Below are positions 1-10,137 of a stretch of DNA of 64,000 nucleotides, one piece after another; position 1 is the stretch's first letter, and every line of letters begins with the position of its first letter. The position numbers were made by a program, and so were the translations under genes. Source of the DNA: Candidatus Shapirobacteria bacterium (GTDB lineage Bacteria > Patescibacteriota > Microgenomatia > UBA12405); assembly GCA_028704635.1 (NCBI GenBank), contig JAQWFB010000002.1, positions 64,693 through 128,692 on the forward strand, read 5' to 3'. The notes under the pieces are model-generated. The model saw only the letters and a list, made by a program, of their open reading frames with translations, searched no databases and was not told where the DNA came from.

Positions 1-710
1 TCATTTTTTACCTGAGCGTAATCTCGTACTCGACGCAATAATCGATTAGCAATTCTTGGCGTTCCCCGTGATCTTTTAGCAATCGATTTAGCCGCCTCTG
101 GATCAATTTTTACTTTCAGAACTTCTCCCGTCCTTTCAATAATTTCTTTTAAATCCACATCATCATAAAAATCCAACTGCTGAACATAACCAAATCGATC
201 TCTCATTGGTCCTGAAATTAATCCAATTCTCGTTGTTGCCCCAACTAAGGTAAATTTTTGCAAATTAAGTCTAACCGTTTTTGCTGATGGTCCTTTACCT
301 AAAACAATATCCAACGCAAAATCTTCCATTGCCGAATACAACATTTCTTCCACTAATTTATTCAACCGATGAATTTCATCAATAAACAAAAAATCGCCTT
401 TTTTTAATCCTGTCAAAATCGAAGCCAAATCCCCTGCTCGCGTCAACGCCGGGCCAGAAGTCATTTTAATATTGCTCCCCATTTCTCTAGCCATCAAACA
501 AGCCAAAGTTGTTTTTCCTAATCCTGGTGGACCATAAAATAAAATATGATCTAACGCTTCATTTCGATTTTTGGCCGCATCCAAAAATATTTGTAATTGC
601 TGCTTTAATTTTTCCTGACCAATAAATTCCGCTAATTTTTGTGGTCTCAAACTTTTTTCCACCACTTTTTCATTAACTTCTGCTTTAGGATTTAAATTTT
701 TATCCGTCAT
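1..710 (-). CDS. ruvB: Holliday junction branch-migration helicase RuvB. The 3' end runs off the window edge.
   Basis: Translation from the ATG at 708-710 gives MTDKNLNP...[15 protein letters not shown]...FIDEIHRL. This shows AAA+ Walker A/B motifs and a RuvB-family pattern. The start overlaps the ruvA stop as ATGA. Confidence 0.9.
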   Translation of the reverse strand, partial: MTDKNLNPKAEVNEKVVEKSLRPQKLAEFIGQEKLKQQLQIFLDAAKNRNEALDHILFYGPPGLGKTTLACLMAREMGSNIKMTSGPALTRAGDLASILTGLKKGDFLFIDEIHRLNKLVEEMLYSAMEDFALDIVLGKGPSAKTVRLNLQKFTLVGATTRIGLISGPMRDRFGYVQQLDFYDDVDLKEIIERTGEVLKVKIDPEAAKSIAKRSRGTPRIANRLLRRVRDYAQVKN

Positions 711-1279
711 ATTTTACTTAAACACCATTCTAATTTTTCTTCAATTGTTTCCAAATCAGCCGGTAACTTGGCCACCACTTTTTCAATTTCCTTTCGATCA
801 AATCCTAACTGTTTCAAACTCAAACTCAAATCGTCATCCTTAATTTTTTCATCATCTTGAGTCAAATCTAATTCTCCTAAACCTCCAATTTTTGATTTCA
901 AATCAACAATTATTCTTTGGGCTCCTTTTTTACCAATACCTTTAACCTTTTCAAAAAATCTTACATCCGCCTCCCCAATTGCTTTAATTATTTCTCCACT
1001 TTCAGTCTGTCCCATTATTTGTGCCGCCGTTTTTGGCCCAACTCCAGATACTGAAATTAACATTTTAAATAAATTAACATCATCAACAGTTTCAAATCCA
1101 AACAAACTAATATCATTTTCTGAAACTGACTGGTAAGTATAAATTTTTAATTCTTCATCAACGTTTCTTCTCTTTAAAAAATTTTGCCCACACCACACTA
1201 AATAACCAATATCATAGACTTCAATCTCTATAAAATTATTACCAATACTAGAAATTTTTCCTTTCAAACTCGAAATCAT
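707..1279 (-). CDS. ruvA: Holliday junction DNA helicase subunit RuvA.
   Basis: 190-aa ORF containing ...[16 protein letters not shown]... (RuvA HhH domain II). It sits in a ruvC-ruvA-ruvB arrangement. Confidence 0.9.
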   Translation of the reverse strand: MISSLKGKISSIGNNFIEIEVYDIGYLVWCGQNFLKRRNVDEELKIYTYQSVSENDISLFGFETVDDVNLFKMLISVSGVGPKTAAQIMGQTESGEIIKAIGEADVRFFEKVKGIGKKGAQRIIVDLKSKIGGLGELDLTQDDEKIKDDDLSLSLKQLGFDRKEIEKVVAKLPADLETIEEKLEWCLSKI

Positions 1280-1335
1280 AAACTCATTTTACACTAAACC
1301 AAACAAAACCCAAAGACTATCCAACCTCCCCCAAA

Positions 1336-1827
1336 CTACATCAAACCAGTTAAATCTTTATTAGTAAATAAATAAGTTAACGCCACTGCTACCGCATCCG
1401 AAGCATGACTTGGACTAATATTTTTTTCCAAACCCAAAAAATTTCTAACCATAATTTCCACCTGCTCTTTTTCTGCTCGGCCATAACCTACCAATGCCAT
1501 TTTCACCTGAAGCGGAGTATATCCCTCCACCTCGATTCCATTTCTTTGTCCACAAACTTTAATCACTCCAATTGCCTCAGCCACTTTAATTGCCGATTTA
1601 GCATTTTTGGCAAAAAATAAAGTTTCAATTGCCATCGCCTCCACTTTGTATTTTTTAATCAATCCTTCCAACTCACAATAAATTTGATCTAGCCGCAATG
1701 CCGAACTGTCACTAATTTTAGTTTTAAGGCATCCACACTCCACTAATGTCTTTTCGTCGCTTAACACCGCCCATCCCGTGTTGGCCAAGCCTGGATCAAT
1801 TCCTAAAATCATAGTTAATAATAGCAA
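1336..1827 (-). CDS. ruvC: Crossover junction endodeoxyribonuclease RuvC.
   Basis: 163-aa ORF starting ILGIDPGLANTGWAVL (RuvC N-terminal catalytic Asp motif), adjacent to ruvA and ruvB. Confidence 0.9.
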   Translation of the reverse strand: MLLLTMILGIDPGLANTGWAVLSDEKTLVECGCLKTKISDSSALRLDQIYCELEGLIKKYKVEAMAIETLFFAKNAKSAIKVAEAIGVIKVCGQRNGIEVEGYTPLQVKMALVGYGRAEKEQVEIMVRNFLGLEKNISPSHASDAVAVALTYLFTNKDLTGLM

Positions 1828-1952
1828 ATCAAAGCTAAAATAACTCTACTAAACTTATAGGACACTTCCCAACTTACCCACTTATCCACATCAATAACCT
1901 ATATTTTTTTATTATTCCAAATTATTTATTTTATAAGATAAAAATCGTACCT

Positions 1953-1980
1953 GTAGGGGGCAGGCATGCCTGCCCCCTAC
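1953..1980. repeat. REP-like perfect 28-bp palindrome, family 1: GTAGGGGGCAGGCATGCCTGCCCCCTAC.
   Basis: Perfect inverted repeat read directly. It lies between the divergent ruvC and murB genes. Related copies occur at 16643, 32963 and 38418. Confidence 0.85.
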
Positions 1981-2003
1981 TATTAAATTGGTATAATAAA
2001 CGC

Positions 2004-2789
2004 ATGGATATTCAACAAAACATTCCTCTCGCTCCTTATACTACCGTCAAAATCGGCGGCCCGGCTGATTTTTTTATTCATGTCCACAATTCCAAAGAAT
2101 TTATTGAAGCTCTCGAATATGGTCAAAAAAACAATTTACCTGTCACCATCCTTGGTAATGGTTCCAATGTTTTAATTTCTGACTCCGGCCTTCGAGGTCT
2201 TGTTATTAAAAATGATTCTGAAAAAATGGAAATTTTTGATGAAAATAAAATAAAAGTTTCATCTGGTACCCAACTCGCCCATTTAATTAATTACAGCCTC
2301 GATCATAACCTTTTAGGTTTAGAAGAATTCGCTTATATTCCTTCCACTGTTGGTGGTGCCGTTGCTGGCAACATTCACGGAATCCGCAGTCATTTTTCTG
2401 ATTATGTCGATTCAATCGAAAAATATAACGATTTTATAATTTCTGTAAATTTAAAATTAACTCCTGGCGATTCCACTCAAGCCAAAATTGAAGCTCAAGA
2501 AATTATTCAAAAAAAATCTCAAATTCAATCCATGCTTTCTTTGGGCTCAATTTTTAAAAATCCTGAGGGTAAGGATCCTGCTGGTATGATTATTGACCAA
2601 CAATTACATCTCAAAGGTTATTCCGTCGGCGATGCTCAAATTAGCCCAACTCACGGCAATTTTATCGTCAACACCGGACATGCCACTGCTAAAGATTATT
2701 TGGCTCTCATCAATCTAGTTCAATCTCAAATGCAAACTAAATTCGGTTTTCAGTTTGAACTTGAGATTAAACTACTTGGAGAATTTTGA
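2004..2789 (+). CDS. murB: UDP-N-acetylenolpyruvoylglucosamine reductase MurB.
   Basis: 261 aa. The N-terminal FAD-binding pattern is PLAPYTTVKIGGPADFF...ILGNGSNVL. The C-terminal part contains SLGSIFKNP...GDAQIS..H.NFIVN (MurB substrate domain). Confidence 0.85.
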   Translation: MDIQQNIPLAPYTTVKIGGPADFFIHVHNSKEFIEALEYGQKNNLPVTILGNGSNVLISDSGLRGLVIKNDSEKMEIFDENKIKVSSGTQLAHLINYSLDHNLLGLEEFAYIPSTVGGAVAGNIHGIRSHFSDYVDSIEKYNDFIISVNLKLTPGDSTQAKIEAQEIIQKKSQIQSMLSLGSIFKNPEGKDPAGMIIDQQLHLKGYSVGDAQISPTHGNFIVNTGHATAKDYLALINLVQSQMQTKFGFQFELEIKLLGEF

Positions 2790-2878
2790 CCAAAAAAAAA
2801 GGGCAAATATATATGTTCTTCGAATAATCGAAAAATATATACATTCACCCATAAACAGGTTTTAAAAAAAGAGAGATT

Positions 2879-3445
2879 TTATTTGTTTTGATTCAAGCCC
2901 ATCAAGTACCAAGCTGCCGGATGAACAATCGTTTTTGCCGTATACTTCTTATTAAATTCACAAAAGTCACCATTTTCTCTTATCATACCCTTTTCTTCCT
3001 GGCCTTTAAAAACCATTGTTCTTTCTCCTGAAAAACCCGCATAAGGATTTCCCTTAAAATAAGAAAAACTTACCTTATAAAAAATTCTTTGTTCTTCATC
3101 AACTATGTAAGCCTGTTCCTTAAAATTAAAACCTGGACTCAAAAAACCATTATGAAAACCAAAATTTCCAGACAAAGGAACCAGATGATAATAGTCATCA
3201 GCCCCCATAACCACATTTATCCATGCCTCGGCCATAATCATCGAACCGTTGTCAAGAACAATCCCATTCCGATGGTCAGTCTTAAAAAGAAAATCTTTCA
3301 ACTCAGTATATTTTTGTACCTTCGGATCCCAAAAAACAGTTTTACAATCATTGCCACGATCAACTCGTAAATTTCTAATTTCTTCTGGGGTTAGGAAAGC
3401 AAAAATACTATCCGACTCTAATCTTCCTTTAAACTGCTCAAACAT
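2879..3445 (-). CDS. Hypothetical protein of 188 aa.
   Basis: Long ORF with codon usage consistent with its neighbours. No motif I can assign. Confidence 0.45.
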   Translation of the reverse strand: MFEQFKGRLESDSIFAFLTPEEIRNLRVDRGNDCKTVFWDPKVQKYTELKDFLFKTDHRNGIVLDNGSMIMAEAWINVVMGADDYYHLVPLSGNFGFHNGFLSPGFNFKEQAYIVDEEQRIFYKVSFSYFKGNPYAGFSGERTMVFKGQEEKGMIRENGDFCEFNKKYTAKTIVHPAAWYLMGLNQNK

Positions 3446-3530
3446 TTAAACAACTCCCTATCCTGTTATTAAAGTACTTATCACCGCTTTCGGCAATAGC
3501 ACCCACATTATATTCAAAATAAATTAAAAG

Positions 3531-4385
3531 TCAATTTTTGATTAACACTTTCCACATAAACTTCGGCAATTCTAACTGCCGCTTAAATCTCTTTGGTTCT
3601 TTAATTAAAGAGTATAGCCATTCCATTCCTATCTTCCTCCAAGCCAAAGGTGCTCTTTTTAAATCTCCACTATAATAATCAAAACTCCTCCCCACTCCAA
3701 TCACCACTCCAAAATCAGCTTTATTTCGATTATTACTAATCCATTCTTCCTGCTTTTTCATTCCATATGCCACAAATAAAATATCTGGTTTAAATTTGTT
3801 AATTTTTTCTAAAACTTTTTCATTGTTAAACTTCGGCTCTCCACTACAATAATCCATTTTTATCTTATCTTTCTCAAAATATTCCATCGTTCTTTTTGCT
3901 CTATCGCCAAACCCACCCAAGAAAAAAACTTTGTATCTTTTCTTCGCCGCTAATCGGCACAGCTCCGACATTAAATCCACCCCAGTAATTAAATTCTCTC
4001 TATGTTTACCCTTCAAAATCTCCCCACCGATTTTTATTGCATCCAAAAATTTAATAAATTTATTTACTTGATGAACTTTACAACTTGATAACTTAATAAA
4101 CTCATGTGCCCAAAGCAATCCTACTCCATCAACCACATTTAAATCTGTTTTTTCTAATAAACTTTTAAAATGATCATCCTTTGTACTTTTCATTACAAAC
4201 TCCGGATTAACCGTTGCAATCCACTTTTTTTTAGCTTTAGAAACAATCCAACCATCAATTATTTTTAGCACTCGATCCATATCACTGCCAAACAGACGAA
4301 TATCAAAGATTTCCCAGTCGTTTAGGCCAAAAACACCATCGTTTTTTTTATTTTTTTGCCCTCCAAAACCTTTCTTTAAGTCCAT
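3531..4385 (-). CDS. WecB/TagA/CpsF-family glycosyltransferase, an N-acetylmannosaminyltransferase-like enzyme for cell-wall glycopolymers.
   Basis: 284 aa with WIATVNPEFV...NVVDGVGLLWA...FFLGG...ILFVAYGMKKQEEWI...GVGRSFDYYSG..RAP.WR, the family signature of PF03808-type enzymes. Confidence 0.8.
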   Translation of the reverse strand: MDLKKGFGGQKNKKNDGVFGLNDWEIFDIRLFGSDMDRVLKIIDGWIVSKAKKKWIATVNPEFVMKSTKDDHFKSLLEKTDLNVVDGVGLLWAHEFIKLSSCKVHQVNKFIKFLDAIKIGGEILKGKHRENLITGVDLMSELCRLAAKKRYKVFFLGGFGDRAKRTMEYFEKDKIKMDYCSGEPKFNNEKVLEKINKFKPDILFVAYGMKKQEEWISNNRNKADFGVVIGVGRSFDYYSGDLKRAPLAWRKIGMEWLYSLIKEPKRFKRQLELPKFMWKVLIKN

Positions 4386-4775
4386 TTTCTATTTTATAAG
4401 TCTTAATTTTTATTTAAAAACCTTATTGTCTAATTTTACCATTAAAAAAAATTAAAAAGTTCTAAAAATTGTTTAAAAATAACCAAAAAAATATCCTATA
4501 TTTATTTTTTAAACCATAATCAATATAACTATATCACCTTTCACCCCTTTTATTATTACAAGATATAAATTCCAAAAACATACTTTCCATTAATATTTAT
4601 TATTTAGAATAAATAATTTACTCATAAATTATCAAATAAAATAGGCAAAATATCAAAAAACAACAACTCATAGACTAAAAAACAAAACTATCACTTATAT
4701 TGATTAATATTAAAACACAAATTTACAATTTTCAATTATAAATAAATATATTACAAGATTAAAAAAACAAATACA

Positions 4776-5777
4776 TCACCTAATCGCTCTCTCGTATATA
4801 TCCAAATTTTCCACCGCAATTCCGGTCCCCTTAATTACGCAAAACTGTGGTTCCAATGCCACATGAGCCGACACTCCAATTTCTCTTGTTACTAATGTGC
4901 TCAAATTTTTTAACTGTGCTGACCCACCGCTTAAAACTATTCCTCTATCAATAATGTCTGCCACTAACTCTGGTGGAGTAATTTCTAAAGTATTTTTAAT
5001 CACTGTCAAGATTAAATCTAACACCGGTCTTATTGCTTCATAGACATCATCTGTACTAATTATCACATTTTTAGGTAAACCATAAATTGAATCTCTTCCA
5101 TTTATTTCCATTGTCTCCAACTTCTTTGGCTTAATTGCACTTCCTAGTTGAATTTTAATCGTCTCTGCAGTTTGATCACCTATCACCAAACTGTATTTTT
5201 TCTTTAAAAAATCCATTATTACTTTATCTAATTTATTTCCTCCTACTCTTACACTTTTATGAGTCACCACTCCCCCTAAAGCAATCACCGCCGCTTCTGC
5301 CGCCCCACCTCCAATATCTACAATCATATTTCCAAAAGCTTCCGCCACTGGGATTTTTGATCCAATCGCTGCCGCCAATGGTTCGTCAATCAAATGAGCC
5401 TTTCTCGCTCCAGCTGACAACATCGCATCTATCACCGCTCTTTGTTCAACTTGAGTCACCCCAGCCGGAACACATATCATCACCTCCGGACCAATAAACC
5501 AATTGTTTCCCATTACTTGTTTCATAAAATAGCGAAGCATTGCTTCGGTCACCTCATAATCAGCAATCACCCCATCTTCTAATGGTTGAATTACTTCAAT
5601 ATATTCTGGTGTTTTACCCAACATCTTCTTTGCCTCGTTTCCTACCGCTAAAACTTTTCTATCCTCAATTCCTACTGCTACAATTGTCGGTTCATTCAAT
5701 ACAATTCCTTTTCCCGCTTCCCACACCACCGAATTGGCCGTTCCCAAATCTATTGCCAATTTTTTAAACAAACTCAT
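4776..5777 (-). CDS. mreB: Rod-shape-determining actin homolog MreB.
   Basis: 333 aa with LAIDLGTANSVVW...NEPT...VIDIGGG... (actin-fold phosphate 1/2 and adenosine motifs typical of MreB). Confidence 0.9.
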   Translation of the reverse strand: MSLFKKLAIDLGTANSVVWEAGKGIVLNEPTIVAVGIEDRKVLAVGNEAKKMLGKTPEYIEVIQPLEDGVIADYEVTEAMLRYFMKQVMGNNWFIGPEVMICVPAGVTQVEQRAVIDAMLSAGARKAHLIDEPLAAAIGSKIPVAEAFGNMIVDIGGGAAEAAVIALGGVVTHKSVRVGGNKLDKVIMDFLKKKYSLVIGDQTAETIKIQLGSAIKPKKLETMEINGRDSIYGLPKNVIISTDDVYEAIRPVLDLILTVIKNTLEITPPELVADIIDRGIVLSGGSAQLKNLSTLVTREIGVSAHVALEPQFCVIKGTGIAVENLDIYERAIR

Positions 5778-5813
5778 ACACTAATTTTATCCTAATTACG
5801 ATATAATATAACC

Positions 5814-7013
5814 ATGTCAAAACCAAACAAAAGAAGCCTTTTAGTAATCTTTTTTGTCCTCATCTTTATCGTTGGAACTACCATCGGTATCACCTTTTTT
5901 GCTAAAGGTTATCAAATTTCCACTAAAGGCAAAGTTAGCTTTCTTGCCACCGGTATTATTTCTGCCACCTCCAAACCTAAAGGTGCTTCAGTCTATATTG
6001 ACGACCGTTTAATCACCGCCACTGACGATACTATTAATCTTCCACCCAATAACTACACTATAAAAATAGTAAAAGATGGATATCTTCCTTGGCAAAAAAA
6101 TATTCAAGTCAAAAAAGAAATTGTTTACCAAACCACCACTCAGCTTTTTCGATCTTCTCCTGATCTTAGACCAATTACCGTCGCCGGAGCCATTAATCCA
6201 ACAATCAGTCCAAATAATAGTCTTGTTGTTTTTTCTGTTGCCTCCGCTTCTGCCGCCAAAGATAATGGTCTTTATCTTCTCGAACTTAGCGATACCGCTT
6301 CCTTTTTATCTAAAAATTCAGCCAAACAATTAAGTTCTAATCTTCAAAATCTCGATTGGTCAAAATTTACTTTCACCTTTTCTCCAAACTCAAAACAAAT
6401 TTTAGCTTCTAACCCAACCAAAGGCGTCAATTTTTTAATCGATCTGTCAACTACCACTGATTATAAAAATCTATATGATGTCACTGCTAAATTATCTTTA
6501 ATAAAAGAAGATTGGAATCTTCAAGAGCAGGAAATTATTAAAACCAAAACTACTCTTCTACCTATTGAACTTCAACCGTTCGTATCCACCACTTCTGCTA
6601 AAACCATTATTTTTAATGAAGATGAAACTAAAGTTTTATACTTAGCCCAAGCCGATGGTAATCTTAAAAAAGATATTATTACTCCTCCTCCCGCTCAAAG
6701 TACTCAACCTCAATCCCGAGATATTAAAAAAGATAATTACTACGTTTATGATTTTAAAGACGATACTAATTTTTGGCTCGGATCAAAAGATCTTTACAAT
6801 CTAAATTGGATTGCTAATTCTAATAACCTTATTTTTATAGAAGACCAAAAAATTCAAACCATCGAATATGATAATACCAATAAACAAACTCTTTTTGCTG
6901 GCAACTTCAACAAAGATGCTGTGTATCCTTGGTTAGATGGCAGCAAGATCATCACTTTAATAGCACCATATAACAACGCTCAAGAGAATCTATACTCCAT
7001 TACTATTAAATAA
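5814..7013 (+). CDS. Membrane-anchored PEGA-domain protein.
   Basis: 399 aa. An N-terminal TM helix is followed by PKGASVYIDDRLITATDD...YTIKIVKDGYLPWQKNI (PEGA motif). The rest is low complexity and Asn/Thr-rich. Confidence 0.6.
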   Translation: MSKPNKRSLLVIFFVLIFIVGTTIGITFFAKGYQISTKGKVSFLATGIISATSKPKGASVYIDDRLITATDDTINLPPNNYTIKIVKDGYLPWQKNIQVKKEIVYQTTTQLFRSSPDLRPITVAGAINPTISPNNSLVVFSVASASAAKDNGLYLLELSDTASFLSKNSAKQLSSNLQNLDWSKFTFTFSPNSKQILASNPTKGVNFLIDLSTTTDYKNLYDVTAKLSLIKEDWNLQEQEIIKTKTTLLPIELQPFVSTTSAKTIIFNEDETKVLYLAQADGNLKKDIITPPPAQSTQPQSRDIKKDNYYVYDFKDDTNFWLGSKDLYNLNWIANSNNLIFIEDQKIQTIEYDNTNKQTLFAGNFNKDAVYPWLDGSKIITLIAPYNNAQENLYSITIK

Positions 7014-7507
7014 TGTTAGAGATAGAAAAAACCTATTTAGTTAAAAATATTCCTGACAATTTATCATCTTACAATTCAGAAAAAATTAAACAGGGTTATA
7101 TTTCCTCCACCCCATCCCCTTTAAGAATCAGACAAAAAGGTAATAAGTTCGAATTAACCAAAAAATTACCAGTAAAAGAAAATGATTATAGTGTCGCCGA
7201 AGAAATAAATATTCCCTTAACTGAATCTGAATTTAATAAATTATGGCCCACAGTCGAAAAATATTTAGAAAAAATCAGATATCAAATTCCCCTTAAAAAC
7301 AATTTAGTCGCCGAACTTGATTTATATCAAAACAATTTAAAAGGATTGGCCTTCGTTGAGGTTGAATTTGAATCAGAAACAGAGATGGAATCGTTTAAAC
7401 CACCATCTTGGTTTGGAAAAGATGTCACTCAAGAAGACTTTTCAGCCAATTCTTTTCTAGCAGGAAAAACTCTCACCGAAATCAAATCTTATATTAAAAT
7501 CAATTAA
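7013..7507 (+). CDS. CYTH-domain (triphosphate tunnel metalloenzyme) protein.
   Basis: 164 aa starting MLEIEKTYLV (the ExExK motif of CYTH), with further acidic strands ELDLY..FVEVEFE. Confidence 0.65.
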   Translation: MLEIEKTYLVKNIPDNLSSYNSEKIKQGYISSTPSPLRIRQKGNKFELTKKLPVKENDYSVAEEINIPLTESEFNKLWPTVEKYLEKIRYQIPLKNNLVAELDLYQNNLKGLAFVEVEFESETEMESFKPPSWFGKDVTQEDFSANSFLAGKTLTEIKSYIKIN

Positions 7508-7719
7508 CGACCAATATAATTTGCATGTAAAACCTCTCTTTCTACCTCGGCATTTGGTAAAATCACATCTTCCTTTTGCACAGTTTCTCCTAAAACCTGA
7601 CTCCTAGAGACAACAGCTACATTCTGCCCCATTTCCACAAATCTCAAAACTGTCAAAGATAATACCGCCAAAACAAAACAAGCAACTAAAGTTCTTGCAT
7701 TTCTATCATTATCAGTCAT
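7504..7719 (-). CDS. Small hypothetical membrane protein of 71 aa.
   Basis: Short ORF with one hydrophobic helix (LVACFVLAVLSLTVL). It is convergent with the CYTH gene and overlaps its 3' end. Confidence 0.3.
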   Translation of the reverse strand: MTDNDRNARTLVACFVLAVLSLTVLRFVEMGQNVAVVSRSQVLGETVQKEDVILPNAEVEREVLHANYIGR

Positions 7720-7770
7720 ATCAAACAGTTTAAATACTTTTTATATTAGTGTCAAGCCTCAGGTGATTAT

Positions 7771-9153
7771 TTATTTTGTAAGATTAATAACACAATCACA
7801 ATTTTCAATTAATTCCTCTTTATTCTCTGCAATTAAAACAGTATTATTTTTATCAATAATTTTTTGAAATACCTTAACAAGAACTGGAAGATTACTAAGA
7901 TGAAGCCCTCTAGAAGGTATATCCAAGATATAGATACAACGATCGCCTAATTTTTTAGACAATATTTTTGCCAATCTTACTCTTTGAGACTCTCCCCCAC
8001 TTAAGGTTCCAGACTTCTGGCCTAAAGTTAAATACCCTAATCCCACTTCTTGAAGAAAACTTAATTTTCTTACCACCAAAGAAGAATCAGAAAACAAATT
8101 AATCGCTTGATCAATTGTCATTTCTAGAACATCAAAAATACTTTTTTCATTATACTGCACTTCCTTATTCATTTTTTTATTAAAACTAAAGTCGGCCTTA
8201 GTTAAACCAGCCTTTTTACTTTCAGGCAAACTAGCAAATAGATCCCTTATACTATCCCAAATCCCCAAATAAGTTGCCGGAGTGCTAGTAGAAATTGAAC
8301 TAAGTGAAGATTGATCTACTAAATATGAACGTCTAACATTTGTTTTTCCTTCAATTGATTTGAATCCTTGTTTTAGTTTCCAAGCACCTTTACCTTTAAA
8401 AAGTGCTCCATAAACCACTGAAAGTAATGCTGACTTGCCTGTTCCCATTTCTCCTGAAATACAAACCAAGCTACCCAAAGGAAATTCTAGATTAAAATCT
8501 TTTAAATTATATTTAGTTATTTCTTTTATGCTCAATTTTTTATTTTGCATAATCTTTGCTTTATCATTTGGACTTCTTCGATAATCAACTAAAGACGCTT
8601 TGTCAGAAAAAACATATTCCGAAGTAGTTGTCTTTGATTTTCTAAATTTCTCTATCGATCCTTTAAATATTATTTCTCCTCCCTTTGCTCCAGATTCAGG
8701 ACCAAATTCAATTATATAGTCTGAATTAATTATCACGTCTTTACTATGTTCAACAACAATTACTGAAATTCCTTTTTTAACAGTTTCTTTCAGAATACTT
8801 ATGATATTAATTCGATCAATTTTAGCCATGCCTGCACATGGTTCATCAACAATCAATAAATCTCCACTTTTTATTTCCCTTAGGATTTTATTTAGATTAT
8901 TAAGGTTGGTTTCTCCTAAACTACTATTTCCCATAGGTTTAACTTTTTGTGCAATTACGTATGTCTTCGGCAATTTACTAATTGTTGCCTTAGTATCATG
9001 ACCTCGGGAGGCTTCATACAAAACGTTATAAACTAAAGATGATTTACCACTACCACTTTTCCCAACCACGGCCACTAATTTCTCAAGCGGAATTTCAATA
9101 TTTACATTCTTTAGGTTATTGGCAAATGCGTTTTTGATTTCTATTTTACCCAC
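7771..9153 (-). CDS. Minimal UvrA-like ABC ATPase with two nucleotide-binding domains and no insertion domains.
   Basis: 460 aa. NBD-I has GKSGSGKSSL, LIVDEP and VIVVEHSKDV. NBD-II has GEMGTGKSAL, LSGGESQRVRLA and a degenerate Walker B/H-loop (YILDIPSRGLH, VLIAENKEEL). The opening IEIKNA..NLKNV.I..P is UvrA-like. Confidence 0.65.
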   Translation of the reverse strand: MGKIEIKNAFANNLKNVNIEIPLEKLVAVVGKSGSGKSSLVYNVLYEASRGHDTKATISKLPKTYVIAQKVKPMGNSSLGETNLNNLNKILREIKSGDLLIVDEPCAGMAKIDRINIISILKETVKKGISVIVVEHSKDVIINSDYIIEFGPESGAKGGEIIFKGSIEKFRKSKTTTSEYVFSDKASLVDYRRSPNDKAKIMQNKKLSIKEITKYNLKDFNLEFPLGSLVCISGEMGTGKSALLSVVYGALFKGKGAWKLKQGFKSIEGKTNVRRSYLVDQSSLSSISTSTPATYLGIWDSIRDLFASLPESKKAGLTKADFSFNKKMNKEVQYNEKSIFDVLEMTIDQAINLFSDSSLVVRKLSFLQEVGLGYLTLGQKSGTLSGGESQRVRLAKILSKKLGDRCIYILDIPSRGLHLSNLPVLVKVFQKIIDKNNTVLIAENKEELIENCDCVINLTK

Positions 9154-9456
9154 TAATGGTTAGTATAACCCATTTGATAATCGTTTCCATCCCTTTTGTT
9201 TCACTTATTTTTCAAAAAAATTAATCGAATCAAATTTAATATTTTTTTAATCTTTTAAAAAAATGTTTATAACCATAAACATCGCCAAACAAAAATAATT
9301 CAACCTTTAGCAAAAACCATAAAGACTGCTAAATATTAAAAATACATTAAAAAAGATTAAAATCATTAAAACATCATTTTAAATAAAAAGTTATCTTTCC
9401 ATATCATTTTTGGTTTAAAACTTTATTTGAGATATAATACTCCTCAGACAGGCTTA

Positions 9457-9529
9457 CAGGGATTGGCGCAATTGGTAGCGTGCAGCGTTCGGGACGCTGA
9501 GGTTGCAGGTTCGAATCCTGTATCCCTGA
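9457..9529 (+). tRNA. tRNA-Pro (anticodon CGG).
   Basis: Cloverleaf folded by hand. The acceptor stem is CAGGGAT/ATCCCTG with C1-G72, a bacterial tRNA-Pro identity element. The anticodon loop is TTCGGGA and the T-loop is GGTTCGAATCC. Confidence 0.8.
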
Positions 9530-9606
9530 CTTAAAATTTTTAATATCCTTCTTTTTTTTAAAAATGGATTTGAAATATTAGAAATTTAAAAAAAATTTTA
9601 AAACCA

Positions 9607-9678
9607 GTCCTCATAGTTCAATGGATAGAACGACCACCTCCTAAGTGGTAAATCCAAGTTCGATTCTTGGTGGGGATA
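9607..9678 (+). tRNA. tRNA-Arg (anticodon CCT).
   Basis: Acceptor stem GTCCTCA/TGGGGAT with G-U wobbles, D-loop AATGGATA, anticodon loop CTCCTAA and T-loop TTCGATT. Confidence 0.8.
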
Positions 9679-10137
9679 CAAATTTCAAAACATCCTCTCT
9701 TTTTGTCCCCTTTCACAGTGATTTACCGCATATTTCAAATATAAAAACTATCTTTCTCCGCATTATTTTTTTTGATTACCGCACTTTCTTTTGATTTTTT
9801 TCATTATTTTTTTCTCCGCAAAAAGATTTCTAAAAACTTATACCTAAAGATATCATTTACGATTAAAACCAAACATAATCTCCGTATTTTGATACATTAT
9901 AAGACTAAAAAACCTTTCCTCCTCTATTTTTTTTAAAAAAAATAGAAAATTTTAAAAAACCTTCAAAATAAATATATCAATTAAAATCAAATATTTTTCT
10001 TCCAAAATATTAAATTTTTCCGGTTCAAGCCCTTTTTTAAAAACAATTTTAAACACCACTTATTCCTAAAAATCCAGTAATTGTATTATGAAAAAACCCT
10101 TAGCAGACAAAAAATCAAATGCTAAATGTCATAACAA

